Of a stretch of DNA of 64,000 nucleotides, positions 49,329 through 63,431 are shown in pieces. The notes under the pieces were generated by a model. The model was given only the letters and a program-made list of their open reading frames with translations, made no database searches and was not told the DNA's origin. A program made the position numbers and the translations under genes. Where the stretch lies: the NCBI RefSeq assembly GCF_058153355.1, contig NZ_CM177019.1. One strand, written 5' to 3'. Numbering within the stretch: the stretch's first letter is position 1; every line of letters starts with the position of its first letter.

Positions 49329-50564
49329 ATGGAATTTACCACCGGATTGATGTCGCTCGACACCGCGCTTAATGAGATGCTTTCTCGCGTTACCCCACTG
49401 ACCGCCCAGGAAACGCTGCCACTGGTACAGTGTTTTGGTCGTATTCTGGCGAGCGATGTCGTTTCGCCACTGGATGTCCCGGGGTTTGATAACTCCGCTA
49501 TGGACGGCTACGCGGTGCGTTTAGCCGATATTGCCTCCGGGCAACCGCTGCCCGTTGCCGGTAAATCCTTTGCCGGTCAGCCGTACCATGGTGAATGGCC
49601 TGCGGGTACCTGCATTCGTATTATGACCGGTGCGCCGGTGCCGGAAGGCTGCGAAGCGGTGGTGATGCAGGAACAGACCGAACAGACTGACGCTGGCGTG
49701 CGTTTTACTGCTGAAGTGCGTAGCGGGCAAAATATTCGCCGTCGCGGTGAAGATATCTCTGCGGGTGCGGTTGTTTTCCCAGCGGGAACACGCCTGACTA
49801 CCGCAGAGCTGCCAGTGATTGCTTCGCTGGGAATTGCCGACGTTCCGGTGATTCGTAAAGTGCGAGTAGCGCTGTTTTCCACCGGTGATGAACTCCAGTT
49901 GCCAGGCCAGCCGCTGGGCGACGGCCAAATCTACGATACCAACCGTCTCGCCGTGCACCTGATGTTAGAACAGCTGGGTTGCGAGGTAATCAACTTAGGG
50001 ATTATTCGCGACGATCCACACGCCCTGCGCGCCGCATTTATTGAAGCTGATAGCCAGGCAGATGTGGTGATCAGTTCCGGCGGTGTATCGGTTGGTGAAG
50101 CGGATTACACCAAAACCATTCTCGAAGAGCTGGGTGAAATCGCCTTCTGGAAGCTGGCGATTAAACCGGGTAAACCGTTCGCGTTCGGTAAACTCAGCAA
50201 TAGCTGGTTCTGCGGCCTGCCGGGTAATCCGGTTTCAGCAACGCTGACCTTCTATCAACTGGTACAGCCGTTATTGGCAAAATTGAGCGGCAACACCGCC
50301 AGCGGCCTGCCCGCGCGTCAGCGCGTACGCACGGCTTCTCGCCTCAAGAAAACGCCTGGTCGCCTTGATTTCCAACGTGGTGTGCTGCAACGCAATGCTG
50401 ACGGTGAACTGGAAGTCACCACCACCGGGCATCAGGGCTCACATATATTTAGCTCTTTTAGCCTCGGCAACTGCTTTATCGTACTGGAACGCGAGCGCGG
50501 CAATGTAGAAGCGGGCGAATGGGTGGAAGTAGAACCGTTTAACGCGTTATTCGGAGGCCTGTAA
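49329..50564 (+). CDS. moeA: molybdopterin molybdenumtransferase MoeA
   Basis: 411 aa ORF recognised as MoeA. Confidence 0.93.
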   Translation: MEFTTGLMSLDTALNEMLSRVTPLTAQETLPLVQCFGRILASDVVSPLDVPGFDNSAMDGYAVRLADIASGQPLPVAGKSFAGQPYHGEWPAGTCIRIMTGAPVPEGCEAVVMQEQTEQTDAGVRFTAEVRSGQNIRRRGEDISAGAVVFPAGTRLTTAELPVIASLGIADVPVIRKVRVALFSTGDELQLPGQPLGDGQIYDTNRLAVHLMLEQLGCEVINLGIIRDDPHALRAAFIEADSQADVVISSGGVSVGEADYTKTILEELGEIAFWKLAIKPGKPFAFGKLSNSWFCGLPGNPVSATLTFYQLVQPLLAKLSGNTASGLPARQRVRTASRLKKTPGRLDFQRGVLQRNADGELEVTTTGHQGSHIFSSFSLGNCFIVLERERGNVEAGEWVEVEPFNALFGGL

Positions 50565-51313
50565 TGGCGGAACTCAGCGATCAGGAGATGCTGCGCTACA
50601 ACCGGCAAATCATTCTGCGCGGTTTTGATTTTGACGGTCAGGAGGCGCTAAAAGATTCTCGTGTGCTGATCGTCGGCCTCGGTGGACTCGGCTGTGCAGC
50701 TTCGCAGTATCTGGCAAGCTCCGGTGTCGGCAACCTGACGCTGCTCGACTTCGACACGGTTTCGCTCTCGAATCTGCAACGCCAGACTCTGCACAGTGAT
50801 GCCACGGTCGGGCAACCGAAGGTGGAATCCGCCCGAGACGCACTGGCGCGGATCAATCCACATATCGCGATTACGCCGGTAAATGCGTTGCTTGATGACG
50901 TGGAGCTTGCTGCATTGATCGCTGAACACAATCTGGTGCTCGACTGCACGGATAACGTTGCGGTACGTAATCAATTGAACGCTGGCTGTTTTGCCGCAAA
51001 GGTGCCGCTGGTTTCCGGGGCGGCAATTCGTATGGAAGGGCAAATCACGGTCTTCACTTATCAGGACGGCGAACCGTGCTACCGCTGCCTTAGCCGTTTG
51101 TTTGGCGAGAACGCGCTAACCTGCGTAGAAGCAGGCGTGATGGCACCGTTGATCGGGGTGATTGGTTCGTTGCAGGCAATGGAGGCGATCAAACTGCTGG
51201 CAGGTTATGGCAAGCCTGCCAGCGGCAAAATCGTCATGTACGATGCGATGACCTGTCAGTTCCGTGAAATGAAACTGATGCGTAATCCGGGGTGTGAGGT
51301 GTGCGGGCAGTAA
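50564..51313 (+). CDS. moeB: molybdopterin-synthase adenylyltransferase MoeB
   Basis: 249 aa; ThiF/MoeB fold; C-terminal CxxC pairs; overlaps moeA stop. Confidence 0.93.
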   Translation: MAELSDQEMLRYNRQIILRGFDFDGQEALKDSRVLIVGLGGLGCAASQYLASSGVGNLTLLDFDTVSLSNLQRQTLHSDATVGQPKVESARDALARINPHIAITPVNALLDDVELAALIAEHNLVLDCTDNVAVRNQLNAGCFAAKVPLVSGAAIRMEGQITVFTYQDGEPCYRCLSRLFGENALTCVEAGVMAPLIGVIGSLQAMEAIKLLAGYGKPASGKIVMYDAMTCQFREMKLMRNPGCEVCGQ

Positions 51314-51325
51314 TTGCCAGCCCCA

Positions 51326-51406
51326 GGCCTGATAAGTCGCGACAAGCGTCGCATCAGGCATTTGCTCCAGACGCCAGATGCGGCGTGAACGCCTTATCTG
51401 GCCTAC
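51326..51406. repeat. REP/BIME palindromic units between moeB and fsaA
   Basis: AGGCCTGATAAGTCGCGACAAGCGTCGCATCAGGCA and GCCAGATGCGGCGTGAACGCCTTATCTGGCCTAC match REP consensus. Confidence 0.7.
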
Positions 51407-51491
51407 GGTTCGGGCGCAGATTTCCAGGCGCGGCAAGCGTTGGTGCCCTCCACCACGTTATCAGCAATTGATGAGGATGCAGAACGTCCTG

Positions 51492-52154
51492 TTAAATCGA
51501 CGTTCTGCCAAAAGCCCCCTGCCAGTCCTGCTCAAACTTCGCCACGGCGGCGTCAACTGCCGGATAGCTAATCATCTGCTGCGCCACATCCAGTGGCAGA
51601 GTAATTGATTCACATCCTGCCAGTAAGCAGTCCAGTGCCTGACGCGGGGTTTTGAAACTTGCGGCTAACACTTTCGCCTGCGGCGCATGCATTTTCAATA
51701 ACTGGTGTAAGTCGGTCACGGTTTGAATACCGCTACCGCCCTGAGCATCAATACGATTAACGTAAGGCGCAACATATTCCGCACCTGCCAGCGCCGACAG
51801 CAGCCCTTGTGCCGCGCCATATACCGCGGTTCCCAGCGTCGGAATCCCTTCCGCTTTTAACATCTTAATAGCTGCCAGCCCCTCGGCGGTCACCGGAACT
51901 TTCACCACGATATCAGCAATAATAGAGCGCAGCTTACGCGCGTCATTCACCATCCCTTCGGCAGTGGTAGCCATCACCTGGGCAAACAGACGCCCCTGAC
52001 CGCCCATCGCTTCGTGAAGCTCCGGAAGTACCACCTCCAGCGGTTTTTTACCCGCGGCGATAATACTTGGGTTAGTGGTCACACCCGCCAGCGGAAAAAT
52101 ACGTGACAGCGCCTTCACCGCAACAACGTCTGAAGTATCCAGATACAGTTCCAT
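51492..52154 (-). CDS. fsaA: fructose-6-phosphate aldolase 1
   Basis: 220 aa ORF recognised as FsaA. Confidence 0.93.
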   Translation of the reverse strand: MELYLDTSDVVAVKALSRIFPLAGVTTNPSIIAAGKKPLEVVLPELHEAMGGQGRLFAQVMATTAEGMVNDARKLRSIIADIVVKVPVTAEGLAAIKMLKAEGIPTLGTAVYGAAQGLLSALAGAEYVAPYVNRIDAQGGSGIQTVTDLHQLLKMHAPQAKVLAASFKTPRQALDCLLAGCESITLPLDVAQQMISYPAVDAAVAKFEQDWQGAFGRTSI

Positions 52155-52283
52155 ACCATCCTCAAAATGTACTTTTTGTCTGAATGTAGACTATCACGGG
52201 AAAACTCTCTGAACAGTTGACGCACATCAATCAAACTTTCATTCGAAAGTATTTTAATGTTTGAACGAAACAGAGAGGCAACT

Positions 52284-53183
52284 ATGATTTTCAATATTCA
52301 GCGCTACTCGACCCATGACGGCCCCGGCATCCGCACGGTCGTATTTCTTAAAGGCTGTTCGCTGGGCTGCCGCTGGTGTCAGAATCCGGAAAGCCGCGCC
52401 CGCACGCAGGATCTGCTGTATGACGCACGTCTGTGCCTGGAAGGCTGCGAGCTGTGCGCTAAGGCCGCGCCGGAAGCGATTGAGCGCGCGCTGAATGGTT
52501 TGCTTATTCATCGGGAAAAGTTAACCCCGGAGCATCTGACGGCGTTAACCGACTGCTGCCCGACACAGGCGTTAACCGTGTGTGGTGAAGTGAAAAGCGT
52601 TGAGGAGATCATGGCGACCGTTCTGCGCGACAAACCGTTTTACGATCGCAGCGGCGGCGGCTTAACGCTTTCCGGTGGTGAGCCGTTTATGCAGCCGGAA
52701 ATGGCGATGGGGCTACTGCAAACCAGCCACGAAGCCGGTATTCATACTGCGGTAGAAACCTGTCTGCATGTGCCGTGGAAATACATCGCCCCTTCTCTGC
52801 CGTATATCGATCTGTTTCTTGCCGATTTAAAACACGTTGCCGACGTGCCGTTTAAACAGTGGACCGACGGTAACGCCGCCAGAGTGCTGGATAACCTGAA
52901 AAAACTCGCAGCGGCGGGGAAAAAAATCATCATCCGCGTGCCGTTGATTCAGGGCTTTAATGCCGATGAAACCTCTGTGAAAGCCATTACTGATTTTGCC
53001 GCCGACGAGCTGCACGTCGGCGAAATTCATTTCCTGCCCTACCACACGCTGGGCATCAACAAATATCACTTACTTAATCTGCCCTATGACGCCCCGGAAA
53101 AACCGCTTGATGCGCCAGAACTGCTCGACTTTGCCCTGCAGTATGCCTGCCAGAAAGGGTTAACCGCGACCTTACGAGGATAA
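52284..53183 (+). CDS. ybiY: putative glycyl-radical enzyme activating protein YbiY (PflE-like radical SAM)
   Basis: 299 aa from [18 protein letters not shown]; CxxxCxxC motif; precedes ybiW. Confidence 0.88.
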   Translation: MIFNIQRYSTHDGPGIRTVVFLKGCSLGCRWCQNPESRARTQDLLYDARLCLEGCELCAKAAPEAIERALNGLLIHREKLTPEHLTALTDCCPTQALTVCGEVKSVEEIMATVLRDKPFYDRSGGGLTLSGGEPFMQPEMAMGLLQTSHEAGIHTAVETCLHVPWKYIAPSLPYIDLFLADLKHVADVPFKQWTDGNAARVLDNLKKLAAAGKKIIIRVPLIQGFNADETSVKAITDFAADELHVGEIHFLPYHTLGINKYHLLNLPYDAPEKPLDAPELLDFALQYACQKGLTATLRG

Positions 53184-53188
53184 CAACC

Positions 53189-55621
53189 ATGACCACACTG
53201 AAACTGGACACGCTCAGCGACCGCATTAAAGCGCACAAAAATGCGCTGGTTCATATTGTGAAACCGCCGGTCTGTACCGAGCGCGCGCAGCACTATACCG
53301 AGATGTATCAACAACATCTCGATAAGCCGATCCCGGTACGTCGCGCGCTGGCGCTGGCCCATCACCTGGCGAATCGCACCATCTGGATCAAACACGATGA
53401 GTTGATCATCGGCAACCAGGCAAGCGAAGTTCGCGCCGCGCCGATCTTCCCGGAATATACCGTCTCCTGGATCGAAAAAGAGATTGATGATCTGGCGGAT
53501 CGTCCGGGTGCAGGTTTTGCGGTGAGCGAAGAGAACAAACGCGTTCTGCATGAAGTGTGCCCTTGGTGGCGCGGTCAGACGGTACAGGATCGCTGCTATG
53601 GCATGTTTACCGATGAGCAAAAAGGCCTGCTGGCGACCGGTATCATTAAAGCGGAAGGTAATATGACCTCCGGCGATGCGCACCTGGCGGTCAATTTCCC
53701 ACTGTTGCTGGAAAAAGGGCTTGATGGTCTGCGCGAGAAAGTGGCGGAGCGCCGCATGCGTATTAACCTGACCGTGCTGGAAGATCTGCACGGCGAGCAA
53801 TTCCTGAAAGCGATTGATATCGTGTTGGTGGCGGTCAGTGAACATATTGAACGTTTCGCTGCCCTGGCGCGTGAAATGGCCGCTACCGAACCCCGCGAAA
53901 GCCGTCGCGATGAACTGCTGGCGATGGCCGAAAACTGCGACCTTATCGCCCACCAGCCGCCGCAGACTTTCTGGCAGGCGCTGCAACTGTGCTACTTCAT
54001 CCAGTTGATTTTGCAGATCGAATCTAACGGTCACTCAGTATCGTTTGGTCGTATGGACCAGTATCTCTACCCGTACTATCGCCGCGACGTTGAACTGAAC
54101 CAGACACTGGATCGTGAACACGCCATCGAGATGCTGCATAGCTGCTGGCTGAAACTGCTGGAAGTGAACAAGATCCGCTCCGGCTCGCACTCAAAAGCCT
54201 CTGCGGGAAGTCCGCTGTATCAGAACGTCACCATTGGCGGGCAAAATCTGGTTGATGGTCAGCCGATGGACGCGGTGAATCCACTCTCTTACGCAATCCT
54301 CGAATCTTGCGGCCGCCTGCGTTCCACTCAGCCTAACCTCAGCGTGCGCTACCACGCGGGAATGAGTAACGATTTCCTCGATGCCTGCGTACAGGTGATC
54401 CGCTGCGGCTTCGGGATGCCGGCGTTCAACAACGACGAAATCGTCATCCCGGAATTTATTAAACTCGGTATTGAACCGCAGGACGCTTACGACTACGCGG
54501 CGATTGGCTGTATCGAAACCGCCGTCGGTGGCAAATGGGGCTATCGCTGCACCGGGATGAGCTTTATCAACTTCGCCCGCGTGATGCTGGCGGCGCTGGA
54601 AGGCGGTCGTGATGCCACCAGCGGCAAAGTGTTCCTGCCACAAGAAAAAGCGTTGTCAGCGGGTAACTTCAACAACTTCGATGAAGTGATGGACGCGTGG
54701 GACACGCAAATCCGTTACTACACCCGTAAATCAATCGAAATCGAATATGTCGTCGACACCATGCTGGAAGAGAACGTGCACGATATTCTCTGCTCGGCGC
54801 TGGTGGATGACTGTATTGAGCGAGCGAAAAGCATTAAACAAGGCGGCGCGAAGTATGACTGGGTTTCTGGCCTGCAGGTCGGCATTGCTAACCTCGGCAA
54901 CAGCCTGGCGGCAGTGAAGAAACTGGTGTTTGAACAGGGCGCGATTGGTCAGCAACAACTGGCTGCCGCACTGGCGGATGACTTCGACGGCCTGACGCAC
55001 GAGCAGCTGCGTCAGCGGCTGATTAACGGCGCGCCGAAGTACGGCAACGACGATGATACTGTCGATACGCTGCTGGCTCGCGCTTATCAGACCTATATCG
55101 ACGAACTGAAGCAGTACCATAACCCGCGCTACGGTCGTGGTCCGGTTGGCGGCAACTATTACGCGGGTACGTCGTCTATCTCCGCTAACGTACCGTTTGG
55201 CGCGCAAACTATGGCAACGCCGGACGGGCGTAAAGCCCACACCCCGCTGGCAGAAGGCGCAAGCCCGGCTTCCGGTACTGATCATCTTGGCCCTACTGCG
55301 GTCATTGGCTCGGTGGGTAAACTGCCTACGGCAGCGATTCTCGGCGGCGTGTTGCTCAACCAGAAACTGAATCCAGCAACACTGGAGAACGAATCTGACA
55401 AGCAGAAACTGATGATCCTACTGCGCACCTTCTTCGAGGTGCATAAAGGCTGGCATATTCAGTACAACATCGTTTCCCGCGAAACGCTGCTGGAAGCGAA
55501 AAAACATCCGGATCAGTACCGCGATCTGGTGGTGCGCGTAGCGGGTTATTCCGCCTTCTTCACTGCGCTCTCTCCAGACGCACAGGACGATATCATCGCC
55601 CGTACTGAACATATGCTGTAA
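53189..55621 (+). CDS. ybiW: putative pyruvate formate-lyase-like glycyl radical enzyme YbiW
   Basis: 810 aa; C-terminal glycyl-radical motif (RVAGYSAFF). Confidence 0.9.
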   Translation: MTTLKLDTLSDRIKAHKNALVHIVKPPVCTERAQHYTEMYQQHLDKPIPVRRALALAHHLANRTIWIKHDELIIGNQASEVRAAPIFPEYTVSWIEKEIDDLADRPGAGFAVSEENKRVLHEVCPWWRGQTVQDRCYGMFTDEQKGLLATGIIKAEGNMTSGDAHLAVNFPLLLEKGLDGLREKVAERRMRINLTVLEDLHGEQFLKAIDIVLVAVSEHIERFAALAREMAATEPRESRRDELLAMAENCDLIAHQPPQTFWQALQLCYFIQLILQIESNGHSVSFGRMDQYLYPYYRRDVELNQTLDREHAIEMLHSCWLKLLEVNKIRSGSHSKASAGSPLYQNVTIGGQNLVDGQPMDAVNPLSYAILESCGRLRSTQPNLSVRYHAGMSNDFLDACVQVIRCGFGMPAFNNDEIVIPEFIKLGIEPQDAYDYAAIGCIETAVGGKWGYRCTGMSFINFARVMLAALEGGRDATSGKVFLPQEKALSAGNFNNFDEVMDAWDTQIRYYTRKSIEIEYVVDTMLEENVHDILCSALVDDCIERAKSIKQGGAKYDWVSGLQVGIANLGNSLAAVKKLVFEQGAIGQQQLAAALADDFDGLTHEQLRQRLINGAPKYGNDDDTVDTLLARAYQTYIDELKQYHNPRYGRGPVGGNYYAGTSSISANVPFGAQTMATPDGRKAHTPLAEGASPASGTDHLGPTAVIGSVGKLPTAAILGGVLLNQKLNPATLENESDKQKLMILLRTFFEVHKGWHIQYNIVSRETLLEAKKHPDQYRDLVVRVAGYSAFFTALSPDAQDDIIARTEHML

Positions 55622-55766
55622 TCTCCTTCGCCCGGCGGCGTCGTCGCCGGGCCAAATCATTCACATCATCAATTCCGCTCTCACTTTCATTCGAAATATA
55701 ATTTGTGCTCTGCGTCACATTGTTATTACACTGTTACGGTTTCATTTTCGAGCCAGGAGCACACCT

Positions 55767-56582
55767 ATGAGCGTAAAAGTTATCGTCACAGACATGGACG
55801 GTACTTTTCTTAACGATGCCAAAACGTACAACCAACCACGTTTTATGGCGCAGTATCAGGAACTTAAAAAGCGCGGCATTGAGTTCGTTGTCGCCAGCGG
55901 TAATCAGTATTACCAGCTTATTTCGTTCTTTCCTGAGCTAAAGGATGAGATCTCTTTTGTCGCGGAAAACGGCGCACTGGTTTACGAACATGGCAAGCAA
56001 CTGTTCCACGGCGAACTGACCCGACATGAATCAAGAGTTGTCATTGGTGAACTGCTGAAAGACAAGCAGCTCAATTTTGTTGCCTGCGGTTTGCAAAGCG
56101 CGTATGTCAGTGAGAATGCGCCAGAAGCATTCGTCGCGCTAATGGCAAAACACTACCATCGTCTGAAACCTGTGAAAGATTACCAGGATATTGATGATGT
56201 ACTGTTCAAGTTTTCGCTCAACCTGCCTGACGAACAAATCCCGTTAGTGATCGACAAACTGCATATTACGCTCGATGGCATTATGAAGCCCGTCACCAGT
56301 GGTTTTGGCTTTATCGACCTGATTATTCCTGGCCTGCATAAAGCGAATGGTATTTCGCGGTTACTGAAACGCTGGGATCTGTCACCGCAAAATGTGGTAG
56401 CGATTGGCGACAGCGGTAACGATGCGGAGATGCTGAAAATGGCGCGTTATTCCTTTGCGATGGGCAATGCTGCGGAAAACATTAAACAAATCTCCCGTTA
56501 CGCTACCGATGATAATAATCATGAAGGCGCGCTGAATGTGATTCAGGCGGTGCTGGATAACACCGCTCCTTTCAATAAGTAA
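55767..56582 (+). CDS. ybiV: HAD-superfamily sugar phosphatase YbiV
   Basis: 271 aa; HAD motif [10 protein letters not shown]. Confidence 0.9.
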   Translation: MSVKVIVTDMDGTFLNDAKTYNQPRFMAQYQELKKRGIEFVVASGNQYYQLISFFPELKDEISFVAENGALVYEHGKQLFHGELTRHESRVVIGELLKDKQLNFVACGLQSAYVSENAPEAFVALMAKHYHRLKPVKDYQDIDDVLFKFSLNLPDEQIPLVIDKLHITLDGIMKPVTSGFGFIDLIIPGLHKANGISRLLKRWDLSPQNVVAIGDSGNDAEMLKMARYSFAMGNAAENIKQISRYATDDNNHEGALNVIQAVLDNTAPFNK

Positions 56583-56591
56583 CCTTTTCCC

Positions 56592-56626
56592 GGCCGGAGC
56601 AATCGTTCCGGCATCTCTCTTTTTTG
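56592..56626 (+). terminator. intrinsic terminator after ybiV
   Basis: GCCGGA-loop-TCCGGC hairpin followed by CTCTTTTTTG. Confidence 0.55.
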
Positions 56627-56733
56627 CTCACTTTGTGCACTTACTCAAGATTTTCATCTTGCGTTAACTTATTTTTAACTTAAAGTATCAATCATAACTA
56701 TTTTCACTTTCGAACGAAAGCTGTGAGGTTGAT

Positions 56734-57993
56734 ATGACTTTTACCTATGAGACACTGCCAACAGATGCGAAAACGGCTATCCGTAAGATGAAAGCGGAGC
56801 TGCGACAACAGATCGGCGATGTACAACAGGTCTTCGATAAACTCTCTGCAAAAATCGAAGCACGTGTAGCAGAAATAGACGCCCTCAAAGGGCAAGGATT
56901 ACCGGTTTGGCCGGAAGTCCCATATAGCGACGTTGCAGCAGGTACAGTGAGTGAAGCCACGCGCAATGAAATTAAACGTCGCGGCTGTGCAGTAATTAAA
57001 GGCCATTTCCCCCGCGAACAGGCACTGGCATGGGATCGCGCAATGCTTGACTATCTTGATGCCAATCATTTTGATGATGTTTATAAAGGTCCCGGCGACA
57101 GCTTCTTTGGATCGCTGGAGGCATCTCGTCCTGAAATCTACCCTATTTACTGGTCGCAGGCACAAATGCAGGCGCGACAAAGTGACAATATGGCGGCGGT
57201 GCAATCTTTCCTTAACCGCCTGTGGAAGTCTGAAAGCAACGGCAGGCAGTGGTTTGATCCCGATATTAGCGTGATCTATCCGGACAGGATCCGCCGCCGC
57301 CCACCAGGCACGACGTCTAAAGGTCTGGGTGCACACACTGATTCTGGGGCGCTGGAACGTTGGTTATTACCCGCTTATCAGCGTGTTTTTGCCCATGTTT
57401 TCAACGGTAATGTCGACGATTACGATCCGTGGGATGCTGCATACCGTACTGATGTTGAAGAGTACACGGTGGATAACACCACAAAATGTTCGGTGTTCCG
57501 CACTTTTCAAGGCTGGACGGCGCTTTCCGATATGTTACCAGGACAGGGATTATTGCATGTGGTGCCAATCCCGGAAGCGATGGCGTATGTTTTATTGCGC
57601 CCACTGCTGGATGACGTACCGGACGATGAGTTGTGTGGGGTCGCTCCTGGCAAAGTTCTGCCCATTTCAGAGAAATGGCATCCACTACTGATTAAAGCAC
57701 TCACTTCCATTCCAGCTATTACAGCGGGGGATTCCGTCTGGTGGCACTGCGACGTGATCCACTCCGTCGCATCGGTAAATAATCAACAAGGCTGGGGGAA
57801 TGTGATGTATATCCCTGCCGCGCCGATGTGTGAGAAAAACCGGGCTTATGCGCATAACGTCAGGAAAGCACTGGAAAAAGGGGCATCACCGGGCGATTTC
57901 CCTCGAGAAGATTATGAAGCAAACTGGGATGGCCGATTTACGCTGGATGATCTGAACATTCACGGTAAGCGCGCGCTGGGCATGGATGTTTGA
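56734..57993 (+). CDS. ybiU: DUF1479-family protein YbiU
   Basis: 419 aa ORF; synteny. Confidence 0.85.
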   Translation: MTFTYETLPTDAKTAIRKMKAELRQQIGDVQQVFDKLSAKIEARVAEIDALKGQGLPVWPEVPYSDVAAGTVSEATRNEIKRRGCAVIKGHFPREQALAWDRAMLDYLDANHFDDVYKGPGDSFFGSLEASRPEIYPIYWSQAQMQARQSDNMAAVQSFLNRLWKSESNGRQWFDPDISVIYPDRIRRRPPGTTSKGLGAHTDSGALERWLLPAYQRVFAHVFNGNVDDYDPWDAAYRTDVEEYTVDNTTKCSVFRTFQGWTALSDMLPGQGLLHVVPIPEAMAYVLLRPLLDDVPDDELCGVAPGKVLPISEKWHPLLIKALTSIPAITAGDSVWWHCDVIHSVASVNNQQGWGNVMYIPAAPMCEKNRAYAHNVRKALEKGASPGDFPREDYEANWDGRFTLDDLNIHGKRALGMDV

Positions 57994-58083
57994 GAGGTGA
58001 TGGATTAGTAGAAGTGAATTGATGTGAGGTTAAGAAAGCAGGTTCGGTGTTGCTCAGATTGCTGACAAAGTGCGCTTTGTTCA

Positions 58084-58117
58084 TGCCGGATGCGGCGTGA
58101 CCGTCTTATCCGACCTA
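58084..58117. repeat. REP palindromic unit downstream of ybiU
   Basis: TGCCGGATGCGGCGTGACCGTCTTATCCGACCTAC matches REP consensus. Confidence 0.6.
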
Positions 58118-58213
58118 CAAAATCATGCAAATTCAATATATTGCGATACACTGGTAGATACTGTTATGGCCTGCAAGTTTTTTTCTACCCCGGTTTCCCA
58201 GATTGCAGGCATG

Positions 58214-59440
<1,227 letters not shown>

Positions 59441-59487
59441 TGATAAGCGTAGCGCATCAGGCAATTTTGCATTTGTCATCAGTTTCA

Positions 59488-59512
59488 GTAGCCCTGACCC
59501 TATCAGGGCTAC
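59488..59512 (-). terminator. hairpin downstream of ybiT (possible terminator)
   Basis: GTAGCCCTGA-loop-TCAGGGCTAC inverted repeat just 3' of the ybiT stop; weak T-tract. Confidence 0.35.
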
Positions 59513-59522
59513 TGATAATAAC

Positions 59523-61115
59523 TTACTCGATCCCTTTACTACGCAGGTAATCTTCGTAATTACCGCTAAAGTCGATCACGCGTTCCGGGGTGATTTCCAG
59601 AATGCGAGTCGCCAGGGAGCTTACAAACTCACGGTCGTGAGAAACAAAGATCAGCGTACCCTGATACAGTTCCAGCGCCATGTTCAGCGACTCGATAGAT
59701 TCCATATCCAGGTGGTTGGTCGGTTCGTCCATGATCAGAATATTCGGCTTCTGCATCATTAACTTACCAAACAGCATCCGCCCTTTTTCTCCACCGGAAA
59801 GCACTTTCGCTGGCTTTTTGATGTCGTCCTGGCTGAACAGCAAACGACCGAGAATGCTGCGTACCGCCTGCTCGTCATCGCCTTCCTGCTTCCACTGACT
59901 CATCCATTCGAATACGGTCAGATCATTTTCGAACTCATATTCGTGGTCCTGGGCGTAGTAACCAATGCGCGCGTTTTCAGACCATTTTACGGTGCCGCTG
60001 TCCGGTTGCAGATCGCCCACCAGCGTTTTCAGCAGCGTTGATTTACCGACGCCGTTGGTACCCAGTACCGCCAGTTTTTCACCCACTTCCAGCAGCAGGT
60101 TGAGATTTTTAAACAGGGGACCGTTATCAAACCCTTTGGTCAGACCTTCCACTTCCAGCGCGTTACGGAAAAGTTTCTTATCCTGTTCAAAACGGATGAA
60201 CGGGTTCTGACGGCTGGAGGCTTTCACCTCTTCAAGTTTGATTTTATCAATCTGGCGTGCGCGCGAAGTTGCTTGGCGAGATTTCGAGGCGTTGGCACTA
60301 AAGCGGCTAACGAAAGATTGCAACTCAGCAATCTGCGCTTTCTTCTTGGCGTTATCAGCCAGCAGACGTTCACGCGCCTGAGTCGCCGCCGTCATGTACT
60401 CATCGTAGTTGCCCGGATAAACGCGCAGTTCACCGTAATCCAGATCCGCCATGTGGGTACAAACCATGTTAAGGAAGTGACGGTCGTGCGAGATGATGAT
60501 CATGGTGCTGTCACGCTCGTTCAGCACCTGTTCCAGCCAACGAATGGTGTCGATGTCGAGGTTGTTGGTCGGTTCGTCGAGCAGGAGAATGTCCGGATCA
60601 GCAAACAGCGCCTGCGCCAGCAGCACACGCAGCTTCCAGCCAGGAGCAACTTCACTCATCGGGCCGTAGTGCTGTTCCACTGGGATTCCCACGCCAAGCA
60701 ACAGTTCACCGGCGCGAGCTTCCGCAGAGTAACCGTCCATTTCGCCGTATTTCACTTCCAGATCGGCCACTTTATAGCCGTCCTCTTCACTCATTTCCGG
60801 CAAAGCATAGATGCGGTCGCGCTCCTGCTTCACTTCCCACAACTCTTTATGCCCCATGATCACCGTATCCAGCACGGTGAACTCTTCAAAGGCAAACTGA
60901 TCCTGACGCAATTTACCAATGCGCTCGTTGGGATCGAGGGAAACGTTACCCAGCGTCGGCTCTAAGTCGCCGCCGAGGATCTTCATAAAGGTGGATTTAC
61001 CACTACCGTTCGCGCCAATCAGGCCGTAACGGTTGCCGCCGCCAAACTTGACGGAAATGTTTTCAAACAACGGCTTACTGCCGAACTGCATGGTGACGTT
61101 ACTGGAAACTAACAC
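59523..61115 (-). CDS. ybiT: ABC-F family ATPase YbiT (two ABC cassettes, no transmembrane domain)
   Basis: 530 aa; two Walker A motifs ([18 protein letters not shown]) and two LSGGE signatures. Confidence 0.92.
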
Positions 61116-61333
61116 AGGCGTATCCTGAAAAGAGATATGACAAACCGCGTATTATGCCATAAGTCTGAAAGAAGATCCCGTCCCCCGCTTAAGGTCTACA
61201 CTCTTCCCAAAGGCAAAAAATGTGATTTCGTACACATCTGATTTCACTGTGAGCTGGAATGAACTTATAATGCGCTTCCAATACTCTAATATTCTCAACC
61301 CAATGGCCTGCCAGGCACAAAATCTCGCTTAAC

Positions 61334-62254
61334 ATGAATATGAAATTGAAAACATTATTCGCAGCGGCCTTCGCTGTTGTCGGCTTTTGCAGTACCGCCT
61401 CTGCGGTAACTTATCCTCTGCCAACCGACGGGAGTCGCCTGGTTGGTCAGAATCAGGTGATCACCATTCCTGAAGGTAACACTCAGCCGCTGGAGTATTT
61501 TGCCGCCGAGTACCAGATGGGTCTTTCCAACATGATGGAAGCTAACCCGGGTGTGGATACCTTCCTGCCGAAAGGCGGTACTGTACTGAACATTCCGCAG
61601 CAGCTGATCCTGCCGGATACCGTTCATGAAGGCATTGTCATTAACAGCGCAGAGATGCGTCTCTATTACTATCCGAAAGGCAGCAACACCGTTATCGTGC
61701 TGCCCATCGGCATTGGTCAGTTAGGCAAAGACACGCCTATCAACTGGACCACCAAAGTTGAGCGTAAGAAAGCAGGCCCGACCTGGACGCCGACCGCTAA
61801 AATGCACGCAGAGTACCGCGCTGCGGGCGAACCGCTTCCGGCTGTCGTTCCGGCAGGTCCGGATAACCCGATGGGGCTGTATGCACTCTACATCGGTCGC
61901 CTGTACGCTATCCATGGCACCAACGCCAACTTCGGTATCGGCCTGCGTGTAAGTCATGGTTGTGTGCGTCTGCGTAACGAAGACATCAAATTCCTGTTCG
62001 AGAAAGTGCCGGTCGGTACTCGCGTACAGTTTATTGATGAGCCGGTAAAAGCGACCACCGAGCCAGACGGCAGCCGTTATATTGAAGTCCATAACCCGCT
62101 GTCTACCACCGAAGCCCAGTTTGAAGGTCAGGAAATTGTGCCAATTACCCTGACCAAGAGCGTGCAGACAGTAACTGGTCAGCCTGATGTGGATCAGGTC
62201 GTGCTGGATGAAGCGATCAAAAATCGTTCCGGGATGCCGGTTCGTCTGAATTAA
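61334..62254 (+). CDS. ldtB: L,D-transpeptidase LdtB (YbiS), links Braun lipoprotein to peptidoglycan
   Basis: 306 aa with signal peptide; YkuD-domain catalytic motif SHGCVR. Confidence 0.92.
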   Translation: MNMKLKTLFAAAFAVVGFCSTASAVTYPLPTDGSRLVGQNQVITIPEGNTQPLEYFAAEYQMGLSNMMEANPGVDTFLPKGGTVLNIPQQLILPDTVHEGIVINSAEMRLYYYPKGSNTVIVLPIGIGQLGKDTPINWTTKVERKKAGPTWTPTAKMHAEYRAAGEPLPAVVPAGPDNPMGLYALYIGRLYAIHGTNANFGIGLRVSHGCVRLRNEDIKFLFEKVPVGTRVQFIDEPVKATTEPDGSRYIEVHNPLSTTEAQFEGQEIVPITLTKSVQTVTGQPDVDQVVLDEAIKNRSGMPVRLN

Positions 62255-62271
62255 TCTTCAAAACTTAAATT

Positions 62272-62302
62272 AAAAGGCGGACTCATAATCCGCCTTTTTT
62301 AT
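62272..62302 (+). terminator. intrinsic terminator after ldtB
   Basis: AAAGGCGG-ACTCATAAT-CCGCCTTT hairpin followed by TTTTTATTT. Confidence 0.6.
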
Positions 62303-62312
62303 TTGCCAGCAC

Positions 62313-63431
62313 CTAGCTGGCCGGGAACATAACTAACAAAACGTATCCCACCAGCGCCGCCCACAACAGCATCGGTATTGAATAGAGATGGAAACGCCAC
62401 CAGATACGGCGATCGTTTGCCATCCGTAACGCAATCAAATTTGCCAGCGATCCGGGTAATAAACCAAAGCCACCCACGTTTACCGCCCATGCCAGTAATA
62501 AAGACGGTGGCACATAATTGAGCAGCAAAATCGTGCTCGGCACGTTACTGATCACCTGCGATAAACCAATCGCCGTTAACCATAATCCGGGTTCGGATAA
62601 ATGACTCACGTTACTTAACACCCCCTGCAAAGCTGGCAGTTGGGTTAGTAAATGGACGTCGATAAACATCGCCATAAATACCAGCAGCAGAGTCCAGTCC
62701 ACGCTGATCACCACGCGACGAGCCAGCAGCGCAAAGCCCGCCGCTACAATCACCAGTCCCCACAGCTCTTGTTTTAACTCCAGCGCCGTCAGAAAGACGA
62801 TATACAGCCCCAGACAACTCCACACCAGCCGCGGTTTCCACTCAGGTGTTTGCGCCCCCGTATGATATTGCAGCGCCTTTCCAGGGAAACAACACCAGCA
62901 CAGTAGGAGGAGTGTCAGCATCATTGCGCCAGCCAGCGGTGCCATTTGGGCAATAAACCCGGCAAACGAAAGACCAGAACGACCCCAGATAAGAATATTT
63001 TGCGGGTTGCCAATCGGCGTCAGTAGCGAACCCGCATTGACTGCCAGCGCCTCAAAAATAATCAGTCGATTAACCGGGATCTCACACAGTCTTTTTAGCG
63101 TGATGGTCAGCGGAACAACTATAAACAGCGCGACATCGTTGGTCAGAAATGTTGAAAGCAGCGCCGCCGCCAGCACCATAAACATTGCCAGCCGACGCTC
63201 AGTAGCAAAGCGGCGCACCATTTTGCGCCCCAGCACATCAAAATAACCGCTTAACTCCACACCTTTGGTCAGCAGCATCAGGCCACTGAGGGTGATGATA
63301 GTGTGCCAGTCGATAGCAGCAAGCCAGGATTTCGGTGCAAAGGGAACGAAAAAACTTAATCCGATGCCAACAAGAATTAATAACTGAAAAAAGCGATCGC
63401 CTTGTAGCGTGCGTAAAAAAGGCAGGCTCAT
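62313..63431 (-). CDS. ybiR: putative anion permease YbiR
   Basis: 372 aa polytopic membrane protein; start overlaps mntR stop. Confidence 0.85.
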
